Origin: an uncultured Desulfobacterales bacterium | Lineage (GTDB): Bacteria; Desulfobacterota; Desulfobacteria; Desulfobacterales; Desulfatirhabdiaceae | DNA: 43,954 nucleotides | Reading direction: 5' to 3' | Assembly: GCA_964418135.1 (NCBI GenBank) | Contig: CAYQKZ010000002.1 | Location: 1-43,954 of the forward strand | Shown here: positions 25,667-34,207 of the stretch, piece by piece | Numbering within the stretch: position 1 is the first letter of the stretch | Layout: the number at the start of each line of letters is the position of its first letter | The notes under the pieces: model-generated | Told to the model about the DNA's origin: nothing | What the model saw: only the letters and a program-made list of their open reading frames with translations | The model's database searches: none | Made by a program: the position numbers and the translations under genes

Positions 25667-27337
25667 TTATTTGAGATATCCGAGCCCCTTCAACCTGTCA
25701 TGGATGATTCTTTCATCCTCCTCGTTATACCCATCAGTTGGCTTTTCAAGGGGGCTTTCCTTGGACAAATGCGATTTCCGAACATTCCGGCCCATCATGA
25801 AGTCATCGTTCATTGCATTCAGCAATACCTTACCATCCATATCGGTTGGAATTTCAATATCGAAAAGAAACAGTATGGTTGGAGCCAGATCTACAATCTC
25901 AACCGATTCAAGTTCGATTCCTTTCTTGATGCCAGGACCATTCAAAATGAATATGCCATTGTCGGCATGCGCTCCATTGACCAATGCATCGGAATCGGCA
26001 GCAAAATTTTCAAGGTTTCGCATCCCGCCGATCTTATCCTCAATGGCTATCCCAGTGACGATAAGATTTTCGTTCAACCGAACCAACAAATCCGGAGCGT
26101 TGGCTGTGTACTTCCCTTGATATATTTCTTCCTTCCTAACTACTTTATTTACCACACATTTTTTTGTTGCAGGATCACGCCACATCAGAAGATTTCTCTT
26201 TATTTCATCACAGACATGGTCATATTCAGTCTGTTTTACGATTCCTTCCGGCTCTCTGCCCTCAAGATTCAGCCAGAGTTCAATTCTTTTTCCATCAGAA
26301 TAGGCTTTGGTCTTTTTCCAGTCAATCCCATTGAAATATACTGAAGCCTCAATACGATTCCGGATAGATGGAAAAAATCTAAGAAGCATTTCCTTGGTCA
26401 CCCGCGAAGTCTTCTTCTGAGCAATCGAAAAGGCCTTCCCGATTATCTTCCTTCCAATTCCTTTATCCTTATCCCTGAACCCCAACAGCCCCATGTACTC
26501 CAGGAAGTTATTTATCATCGGAACTGCACCTTCGGCTGGAGCTGCACCATGGTCTGATAGAATCACTATTGTCGTGTCTTCCGGTAAAATACGGAGCAAC
26601 TTTCCGATTTCAACATCGAGTTTTATATATATGTTTTTGATGGTATCGCCATAGGGTCGCGCCCCGTCTGCAAGCTTCTCATGGAAGCTTGCATCCATAT
26701 ATTTCCAGAAATAGTGCTGAATGATATCCATCTCTCGGTAAAGCACCATAAAGAAATCCCAGGGATGATTCATCGCAAAGTGAAGCGCCGCTTTCGTACG
26801 GGCATCGATGGATTCCATGGCCTTTGAAATAGCTATGTCAAGCTCTCCGTTTTTACCTGTAATGCCTGGCTCAATAACATACTCCGGGATAGCATGCAGC
26901 AACTCGGCCCGTATTTCTTCCGGAAAAGTGAACCGTTTGCTCTTTATCCCTGGCGCATCCATACCCGATATCAAGAATCCATTCACATCCCGTGCCGGAT
27001 ATGTCATAGGTACGTTGATAACACCGACTTTTCTGCCCGTACTTCCAATGGTCCGCCAAATATGTTCGGCCTTACAGTCTCCTCCATTTACATATCGAAT
27101 GCCATAACTTCCTTCAACTCTGTCATAAAAATAGAATATACCATGCTTTCCGGGGTTCATTCCCGTAGCAAAGGACGTCCATGCCGGAGCGCTGTTCATG
27201 TTGGGGACGGTTGATAGACGACCCCATGTTCCACCATTTATGAGTGCTGCAAGGTTAGGCAACATACCATCCCCGACCCACTTTTTTATCAGCGGAAGTG
27301 TTGCACCATCAAGACCAATGACAAAAATCTTTTCCAT
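25667..27337 (-). CDS. alkaline phosphatase superfamily enzyme, nucleotide pyrophosphatase/phosphodiesterase (PF01663-like)
   Basis: VIGLDGAT metal-ligand region, nucleophile loop SAPAWTSFATG (compare T-x-P-x-H-x4-T-G of NPPs) and SDHG metal-binding segment. Confidence 0.7.
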   Translation of the reverse strand: MEKIFVIGLDGATLPLIKKWVGDGMLPNLAALINGGTWGRLSTVPNMNSAPAWTSFATGMNPGKHGIFYFYDRVEGSYGIRYVNGGDCKAEHIWRTIGSTGRKVGVINVPMTYPARDVNGFLISGMDAPGIKSKRFTFPEEIRAELLHAIPEYVIEPGITGKNGELDIAISKAMESIDARTKAALHFAMNHPWDFFMVLYREMDIIQHYFWKYMDASFHEKLADGARPYGDTIKNIYIKLDVEIGKLLRILPEDTTIVILSDHGAAPAEGAVPMINNFLEYMGLLGFRDKDKGIGRKIIGKAFSIAQKKTSRVTKEMLLRFFPSIRNRIEASVYFNGIDWKKTKAYSDGKRIELWLNLEGREPEGIVKQTEYDHVCDEIKRNLLMWRDPATKKCVVNKVVRKEEIYQGKYTANAPDLLVRLNENLIVTGIAIEDKIGGMRNLENFAADSDALVNGAHADNGIFILNGPGIKKGIELESVEIVDLAPTILFLFDIEIPTDMDGKVLLNAMNDDFMMGRNVRKSHLSKESPLEKPTDGYNEEDERIIHDRLKGLGYLK

Positions 27338-27341
27338 CCGT

Positions 27342-28703
27342 TTATTTTCCTTTCAAAGACTTCTTCACGGTTCTAAGCATCGGGAGCAACGAATTCACCA
27401 TGTTATTGATAAACAAGAATACCGGATCTGCATATCCCCGGGTGGCAGGACAACTGTAGAATAATTTCCCAAGCTCATCTTCGGTTTCCGGGAGAAGATC
27501 TGTACTCTCATGGATAATGCCATCCGTGATGGCTATCCGGGTCATTAGGGTATTGGGTTCGACCCTAATCCAGCCCATACCGGCTCTGCCTTTGCCGAAC
27601 AAAAAGATGTTGATGGCAAAAAAAAGCTTGAGCATCTTCAGAAAGCCGATAAAATCCTGGGCCGGTGGTGTGCAGAAAAAGCTGAAAAAAAAGTGAACGC
27701 CCTTGACCTTTCTCGCCATGGCAAGAACTCTGTAAATCTCTTGCTCCGTAAGGTTCTTCCGGAGAACCTTCAACGATTCGTTGGAAGCAGCATCTGGAGA
27801 AAACGCCATGCTGACGCAGCCGGCTTCCCTTGCCAGAAACATCAGTTCTTCGGTGAAATTCTGGATATCAAACCAGGCATTCCAAGTAACCTTGATTTTT
27901 CTTTTCAATATTTCCCGGCAAATTTCCTCCGCATGCCCTCTGGGCAAATTGAAGACACTATCGGCGAACATGAATTTCTCAATGTCGAATTTGTCTTTCA
28001 GATGCGCGATTTCATCAACGACATTTGCAGGGGAGCGCAGTCTGAGCCGCACCCCATTCAAAAACGGATAGCTGCAGTAGGCGCATTTCAGGGAACACCC
28101 CCGCTTGGTCTGGACGCCGATATTGAAAAAGATGTCATGGGCGTATTTTTTGACCTCGGCAAAGTCTTTCCTCGGTACCGGCACTTGGGTCATATCGGGT
28201 AAATGCCTTGCCCCGGTAAAAATGACCCGATCTCCCTTTCTCACAAAAATACCTTTGACTTTTTCAGGAGTATCCAGGTTATCGAGAAGCTCCGGCGTCG
28301 ACTCGTCTCCTTCTAGAAAAACACCGAAATCTATATCCGGAAATTTCGCCATGATCTGTTCAGCGAACATGGAAAAGCCCGTACCGCCGATCATCACTCT
28401 GACACCGGGAACTGCCTTCTTAATAATCTTGACTGTCGGATTTAACGTCTTGTAATAAAGATATTTATCCAATTTTTGGGTTGTATCGATATTTCGAAGG
28501 GATATCCCCACGACATCGGGCATAAAATCACGGGATATCCTCTCGATTTCCGCATACGGATTATCATAGAGATTCGGGTCGAGAAGTTTGATCTCGTGTT
28601 CCCTATCAGATAGAGCCGTACCGATATAACAGAGACCTAATGGGAAAATATTGCCTTCTTTATCCTTCCTGCCGAGATAAGCCTGTATCAACAATACTTT
28701 CAT
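27342..28703 (-). CDS. B12-binding-domain radical SAM enzyme (class B), second copy of the class
   Basis: MKVLLIQAY...PLGLCYIGTAL...IGGTGFS resembles a B12-binding region. TKRGCSLKCAYC is a CX3CX2C motif. Confidence 0.8.
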   Translation of the reverse strand: MKVLLIQAYLGRKDKEGNIFPLGLCYIGTALSDREHEIKLLDPNLYDNPYAEIERISRDFMPDVVGISLRNIDTTQKLDKYLYYKTLNPTVKIIKKAVPGVRVMIGGTGFSMFAEQIMAKFPDIDFGVFLEGDESTPELLDNLDTPEKVKGIFVRKGDRVIFTGARHLPDMTQVPVPRKDFAEVKKYAHDIFFNIGVQTKRGCSLKCAYCSYPFLNGVRLRLRSPANVVDEIAHLKDKFDIEKFMFADSVFNLPRGHAEEICREILKRKIKVTWNAWFDIQNFTEELMFLAREAGCVSMAFSPDAASNESLKVLRKNLTEQEIYRVLAMARKVKGVHFFFSFFCTPPAQDFIGFLKMLKLFFAINIFLFGKGRAGMGWIRVEPNTLMTRIAITDGIIHESTDLLPETEDELGKLFYSCPATRGYADPVFLFINNMVNSLLPMLRTVKKSLKGK

Positions 28704-29668
28704 AAATTCACTTCCGATTCCATCCGCTTCGATGAGCTGACAAAGAACCTGTCTCCAAGGCTGAAAACCTTGACATAATGATCCGGGTATCTGTGGACGT
28801 AACTCTCGAGTATATCGATGAGCTTGCGCATATTCATTGTTAGGGAGGCTTTCTCATCCCCCATATCGGTCAGATCGACGGGCTTTTCGATAACCAGAAC
28901 ATGCTTTCCCCCATCTCTGAGATGAAACGTTGGAAGGACAACCGGTTTCGCCTTCATGATGAGCTTCATCGTTCCGGTATAGAATATGGCCTTATGCCCC
29001 AGGAAGTCAAATATCTCCGGCTTTGTTCCCTCCCTTCCGTCAAAACCGATGGCAATGACTTCATTCCGCTGAAGGGCCCTGAGAACTTCCCTTATAGATC
29101 GATCGGTATATATAAAGTTCACAGGCAGTTTTTCCTTATACGAGAGCTTGATTTCAAATGCATTCTTTCTGAACAGATAAAGGATACCACCAATGAATCC
29201 TTGAATAGGCTCAGGAGGTATTCTGCTGGCAAGCTGGTAAAGCTTATAGCCTCTGTATCCGATCAAAGGCATGATCATGTGAGCGTTTCCAAAGTGGCCG
29301 TGCAGCAACACAACCCCTCTATTTTGTTTCAATCCTTCATCCAGATTCTCTATCCCTCTGATGGTGGATATTTTTTTACATAAATCTCGTGACAATTTCG
29401 GATACCACAGCACCTCGACAGCAGTGTAAATCGTGTTTTTGAAAGTCTTCAATAAAATCGTGTCGATTTTCCTGGCTGAAATCTTATCCTCGTAAAAGCC
29501 TTCAATCCCCTCCCGGATCACCCTGCTGTCTTTGATAGAAACAGCGGCAAAAAGAGGAGCAAGGAAATCGGCCATATTATACCCCGTCTGGAGTGGAAGC
29601 CGCTGCATAACAAACCGACAGGGGTGCCAGTATATCCATCGCATGAAATCTTTAACAATCGACATCAT
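28700..29668 (-). CDS. LpxL/HtrB-like lipid A-type late acyltransferase family protein (paralog 2)
   Basis: GIENLDEGLKQNRGVVLLHGHFGNAH aligns by eye with GLENLDHALQEGNGVILVHGHFGPVH of 21542..22537. Its stop overlaps the start of the downstream radical SAM gene (4-nt overlap). Confidence 0.65.
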   Translation of the reverse strand: MMSIVKDFMRWIYWHPCRFVMQRLPLQTGYNMADFLAPLFAAVSIKDSRVIREGIEGFYEDKISARKIDTILLKTFKNTIYTAVEVLWYPKLSRDLCKKISTIRGIENLDEGLKQNRGVVLLHGHFGNAHMIMPLIGYRGYKLYQLASRIPPEPIQGFIGGILYLFRKNAFEIKLSYKEKLPVNFIYTDRSIREVLRALQRNEVIAIGFDGREGTKPEIFDFLGHKAIFYTGTMKLIMKAKPVVLPTFHLRDGGKHVLVIEKPVDLTDMGDEKASLTMNMRKLIDILESYVHRYPDHYVKVFSLGDRFFVSSSKRMESEVNL

Positions 29669-29671
29669 TTT

Positions 29672-31102
29672 TCAGAACTCCTTGGAGGACAGCATCTTTT
29701 TGAATGAAAGCAGTTGCACCCAGGAAACACTTCCGAAAACAACAAGCATTCCCGCAAATATCATCGCACCCACTGACAGCCCAATGAAAGGATTGATTTG
29801 CAGTACCCCGGAAAAATAAAAAAAAACCCCAACCGGTACGGCCGCGCCAATCGGACGGATGATATCTCCAGCGGGAATGTTGCCTGAGGATAAGCGGATA
29901 TAATAAAAAGTAACGACCGTAAGAATAACGTATCCTCCGAGAGAAGCAACGGCCGACCCGATAAAGCCGTAAGAAGGGATAAACAGAACGCTCAGCACAA
30001 TTTTAGCGGTCAGCGCTAGGGCCGTGGAAATAATGAGAGAATTCTGCCTTTCCACCGATATCATGACAAGCTCGAGGAACATGAATACGAAGACAAAAGC
30101 CTCGCCTGTCATGATCACTCTGAATGCATCGGTAGCGACAGCATATTTTTCGCCATAAACCAATGCGATTATCTCGCTGGAATATGCCACACCTCCAATG
30201 GATGCAAAAATTGCCGGAATATAAAACAGCTTGAAAAGTTTTCGATAAAGTTTCCTAAAATGATCTGCCGGAGAATTTGAGATAATAGCGGACAAGATGG
30301 GGAAAACTGCAATCGCCATGGCCGCAGGAACGGCTTTGTTGAACTTCCACATGAGATTATGCGCTGCATAAAAAAAGGATACGCCTTCCGCAAAATTCAG
30401 ATATCGAAGCAGAAGCACATCCATATTCAGAATTCCCTGCATCAACATGATGGATACACCTAGAGAAAAAGATTTCTGGATAATACGCAGCAGCTCTTCC
30501 CAATCAACTTTGACCATAACGGCCCGAACACCGAGCATCCGACATAGTCCCCATGCAAACAGACTTCTGAAGAAATTTGCCAAGGCAAATGCACCGAAAA
30601 TCCCCGAAATCCCCAAGTTGTATTTTGTCACAATATATGTTGCAGCAAGCATGATCAGTTGAAATACGATCGAAAGAACAATTTCCAGATCCATCCGCTT
30701 CATAGCCCTAAACAAGGACATGGATATCGATGAAAATGAAAAAAATATCTGCCCTGCCATTGCCAATAACAGAGACTGCAGAAAACTATTCGAATTGTCG
30801 AAAAAAAGCAGTCCCAACATACAAATCAGGATGAAAACTGCGGTCAGGGCACCTGTCAGGCCAAGTACCATCCACAGGTATCTCTCCATGGATTCTCTGT
30901 TTACCGAAAACTCATGTATTGCGATTCGATCGATGCCGCCATAGGCCAAAAGGGTGAGGAATACGACATAGCTCATGACAAATGCATATATCCCGTAGTC
31001 CGCTACAGACAGATATCTCGATACAAGCACGATGAGAATGAAGGTGGATATACCGTCAATTGACCTTGCCAGCATTACATAAAAGGAGTTTTTAAAAATC
31101 AT
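29672..31102 (-). CDS. Wzx-like polysaccharide flippase (MOP superfamily)
   Basis: 476 aa, polytopic. N-terminus NSFYVMLARSIDGISTFILIVLVSRYLSVADYGIYAF is typical of polysaccharide biosynthesis/flippase proteins. Confidence 0.75.
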   Translation of the reverse strand: MIFKNSFYVMLARSIDGISTFILIVLVSRYLSVADYGIYAFVMSYVVFLTLLAYGGIDRIAIHEFSVNRESMERYLWMVLGLTGALTAVFILICMLGLLFFDNSNSFLQSLLLAMAGQIFFSFSSISMSLFRAMKRMDLEIVLSIVFQLIMLAATYIVTKYNLGISGIFGAFALANFFRSLFAWGLCRMLGVRAVMVKVDWEELLRIIQKSFSLGVSIMLMQGILNMDVLLLRYLNFAEGVSFFYAAHNLMWKFNKAVPAAMAIAVFPILSAIISNSPADHFRKLYRKLFKLFYIPAIFASIGGVAYSSEIIALVYGEKYAVATDAFRVIMTGEAFVFVFMFLELVMISVERQNSLIISTALALTAKIVLSVLFIPSYGFIGSAVASLGGYVILTVVTFYYIRLSSGNIPAGDIIRPIGAAVPVGVFFYFSGVLQINPFIGLSVGAMIFAGMLVVFGSVSWVQLLSFKKMLSSKEF

Positions 31103-31117
31103 GCAGCCAATCTCGGA

Positions 31118-33310
31118 TCAAACCTGTAAATACTTTTGAAAATATCCAATCACCCTCCCCTGCCTGGTGACCTTGTTCAGAACAGCCCCGATGATATGAA
31201 TATTTGCTTGCCTGGCCGATTCAACGACCTCCAAAAAATGCCTTTTTGTCGTTCTTTCACTCTCTATTTGAATAATGGCCCCATCGACCCATTCTCCAAC
31301 AATGACGGCGTCACTGACTGACAAAACCGGTGGGGTATCGACGATGACAACATCATAAATATCTTCCATATTCTTGACCAATTGACACATTTTTCCTGAT
31401 TCTACCAATTTTGCCGGATCAGACGGTATGGGTCCGGTCGGAATAATTGTCAACCCCTCCACCCCACTGGGTATTTGAATATTGTCTATATCCATCTCTC
31501 CATTCAAGAAACTTGTAAGCCCAATTCTGTTGGACAGATGAAAAAGGGTATGAATGCTTGAAGTTCTTATATTCCCATCGATAAGGAGTACTTTTTTTCC
31601 TTCACACACGAAAGACAAAGCGAGGTTTGAGGCCAGAAAACTTTTCCCCTCCCCCTCGATGGCACTCGTAATGACAATACTTTTTGGCGGATGATCCCGA
31701 TAGACAAATTTGATACGGTTTCTGACGGTTCTGAAGCTTTCCGTGATCGGCGATAGAGGATCCATGTCATGGATCAGCCTTGGATCATGTTTATCGAGTT
31801 TGAATATACTTCCAAGGAGCGTAATTCCTATAAAAGCCTTTACTTCATCCGGAGTTTTGATGGAATCGTCCAAATAATCCAGTAACAGTGCGGCACCAAA
31901 GCCAAACATCACTCCGAGTAAAATTGCCAAAACAGTATTAAAAACAAAGGAGGGGTGCCTGTGTTTCCATTCTGTGACATCTGGAACAATGGCATGCTCA
32001 ATAATATAGATATTTGAAATCACAAAAGCTTCTGATATGCTAACACGGTATTGATTTTTTAGAAGATTCTCATAAACTTCCTGAGAAACATTTACCGACG
32101 ATTGCAGTTGCGTTAATGTGGAAAATTTTCCGGGAAGCGTCATCATCTCGGATTCGAATTTATTGATGACATTCGGATATGCCTTATTCTGGGCTTCATA
32201 TCCGGCAATATCCGCATAATATACTGACAGCTTTTCCAATAGATTTTGATAGACGCTGTCAATACTGATCGTCTCCTGAGCAAAGATTTTTCCCATCTCT
32301 TTCTGTATGAGTTCCTTGGCCTGGGAAATCTTGTTTTCAATGTCAACAACATAAGGATGATCCTTAGTGTATTTGCTCTTCGATTCAGCAAAAGAAAGAT
32401 ACAAATCCCTCAAGTTCATCTTGAGGGAGGCTATCATTTCATTATCTTTTAATTGTTCAGAAGTTTTTCGATACATGGGCATCGACTTCAATTGTGATTC
32501 CAGTTTAAGTATGGATGCCTTCACTTTGATTATCGACAGATTGTTGTTCTCCATTTCCGTCTTGAACTCTGTTATCTTTTCGATAAGATTTGTGGTTTCG
32601 GTATCCACGCTGACGATTTTTCCATTCTCCTTGAATTGGCTGACAGACTGCAACGCTTTAGCGTAATCACTCTTTGCCTGATCGATATTCTCGCGGATGC
32701 GCTGTTTGATACGTGCGTAATCCCCCTGGACCCTTTTGATTTCCTCTTCGATAAAAGCCTGCGCCACGGCATTTGAAATTTTCATGGCCTGTTCCGGATC
32801 GGGAGATTTGACCTCGATTTCAAAAATATCCGTCTCCTCGTATTGTTCCACCGACAAATGGGGCCTTGGAAAAATATTGGAGAGAACGGAGGACTCCAAT
32901 AAGACTTCCGCAGTCATGGGTTCTGTAGACACCAACTTCACCCCGATAGCGCTCAAAATGGGTTTGAGAAACGGCATGATTCTTATTATTCTGCCTCTGA
33001 TTCTCTCCCTTTTGACATCCAATTCAGCAATTACCTTGTCGATAATCGGACGAACCGTACTCAATGCCAGATAGTCGGCACGATCCGCATCTGTAAAGGC
33101 TGCGTCGGCGCCACTGCCAGACTGAAACCCCAGACTTGCCTGTACTGAATTCACGGAGGGAGATTTTTTCAGCAGCACCTTGGATGTTGCATCATACCAT
33201 GGGGTGACAATCAAGGTACCGATGAAGATGATCAGGAATATGGCTGTAAAAACATTGATGATAATCCACCTTCTTCTCCAAAATATCTCAAGGATATTTC
33301 TAATCTCCAT
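31118..33310 (-). CDS. Wzc-like polysaccharide co-polymerase / tyrosine autokinase
   Basis: N-terminal Wzz-type TM plus long coiled-coil periplasmic region and a second TM. The C-terminal P-loop kinase has Walker A SAIEGEGKS and Walker B VVIVDTPP. Confidence 0.85.
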   Translation of the reverse strand: MEIRNILEIFWRRRWIIINVFTAIFLIIFIGTLIVTPWYDATSKVLLKKSPSVNSVQASLGFQSGSGADAAFTDADRADYLALSTVRPIIDKVIAELDVKRERIRGRIIRIMPFLKPILSAIGVKLVSTEPMTAEVLLESSVLSNIFPRPHLSVEQYEETDIFEIEVKSPDPEQAMKISNAVAQAFIEEEIKRVQGDYARIKQRIRENIDQAKSDYAKALQSVSQFKENGKIVSVDTETTNLIEKITEFKTEMENNNLSIIKVKASILKLESQLKSMPMYRKTSEQLKDNEMIASLKMNLRDLYLSFAESKSKYTKDHPYVVDIENKISQAKELIQKEMGKIFAQETISIDSVYQNLLEKLSVYYADIAGYEAQNKAYPNVINKFESEMMTLPGKFSTLTQLQSSVNVSQEVYENLLKNQYRVSISEAFVISNIYIIEHAIVPDVTEWKHRHPSFVFNTVLAILLGVMFGFGAALLLDYLDDSIKTPDEVKAFIGITLLGSIFKLDKHDPRLIHDMDPLSPITESFRTVRNRIKFVYRDHPPKSIVITSAIEGEGKSFLASNLALSFVCEGKKVLLIDGNIRTSSIHTLFHLSNRIGLTSFLNGEMDIDNIQIPSGVEGLTIIPTGPIPSDPAKLVESGKMCQLVKNMEDIYDVVIVDTPPVLSVSDAVIVGEWVDGAIIQIESERTTKRHFLEVVESARQANIHIIGAVLNKVTRQGRVIGYFQKYLQV

Positions 33311-33334
33311 TTTTTCTCCATCAAATCTTCACAT

Positions 33335-33360
33335 TTAATATTATTTTTCAATAATATTAA
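33335..33360. promoter_or_regulatory. perfect AT-only palindrome between wza-like and wzc-like genes
   Basis: TTAATATTATT (33335-33345), TTTC loop, AATAATATTAA (33350-33360): an 11-bp perfect inverted repeat in a 99-nt AT-rich gap. Confidence 0.3.
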
Positions 33361-33409
33361 AAATTTATAGATCAATTGATTCTATACTGAGATAAATATT
33401 AATAAACAC

Positions 33410-34207
33410 CTATCTTGTTGGTATGATCGTATAGGAATCTTTTGTCGTACCCAGCAATACATCTATGAATTGCGGCCATAAGACGACACCTGCCTGTAAG
33501 CGAATAATGGGAGATATGATTCTGTCGAGATGTTCGAAGTACCAACTGACGTCAGCAATAGTTACGGCCGGCAAATAAACGATATCTCCACCTTCCAAAT
33601 TCACATTACCGGTAAGGTCTCCCTCTTCAAATGCCTTTTTCAGGTCAAGAGAAGCCAGCACCGTTTTATTGTTTCTGTTCCGGATCAATAGGACATTTGC
33701 AAGCTTGGCATCCTTTGTCATCCCCCCGACCTTTGTTATCGCCTCCATCACACACAATTCACTATCCAGCGTCAGAATCCCAGGATGGTTCACCTCACCC
33801 AGAACCATCACTTTTTGACTTTGTACAGATGTGATGGATATCGTCACCTGCGGAGCAACAATATATTTTGCAAGAGCGACCTGCAACCCATCCCTGAGTT
33901 GATAAATCCCCACTCCCGCTGCCTGAATATCACCGATCAGCGGGAACATGATCTTGCCGGACATATCGATTTTCACTTTTTTGGTCAGGTCGTCATGTCT
34001 GTAAACCGATATCTCGATACTATCCCCAACCCCAAGTATGCAGTCAGAAATCTTTAATGTTGGGATATCATTCATGCCTTGCGCATCCGTTTTCAAAACT
34101 TCGGGCGATCCAGCCGTTTTGTCCGCAGAGGGGAAAGCACATCCAATAAAAGATACCATCACTAAAATCAAGACGGTTATCCGCCTAAAACTATTCATAA
34201 TTTGCAT
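33410..34207 (-). CDS. Wza-like outer-membrane polysaccharide export lipoprotein
   Basis: Lipobox-like VSFIGC. Poly_export-type segment FPLIGDIQAAGVGIYQLRDGLQVALAKYIVAPQVTISI, followed by an SLBB-like region. Confidence 0.85.
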   Translation of the reverse strand: MQIMNSFRRITVLILVMVSFIGCAFPSADKTAGSPEVLKTDAQGMNDIPTLKISDCILGVGDSIEISVYRHDDLTKKVKIDMSGKIMFPLIGDIQAAGVGIYQLRDGLQVALAKYIVAPQVTISITSVQSQKVMVLGEVNHPGILTLDSELCVMEAITKVGGMTKDAKLANVLLIRNRNNKTVLASLDLKKAFEEGDLTGNVNLEGGDIVYLPAVTIADVSWYFEHLDRIISPIIRLQAGVVLWPQFIDVLLGTTKDSYTIIPTR

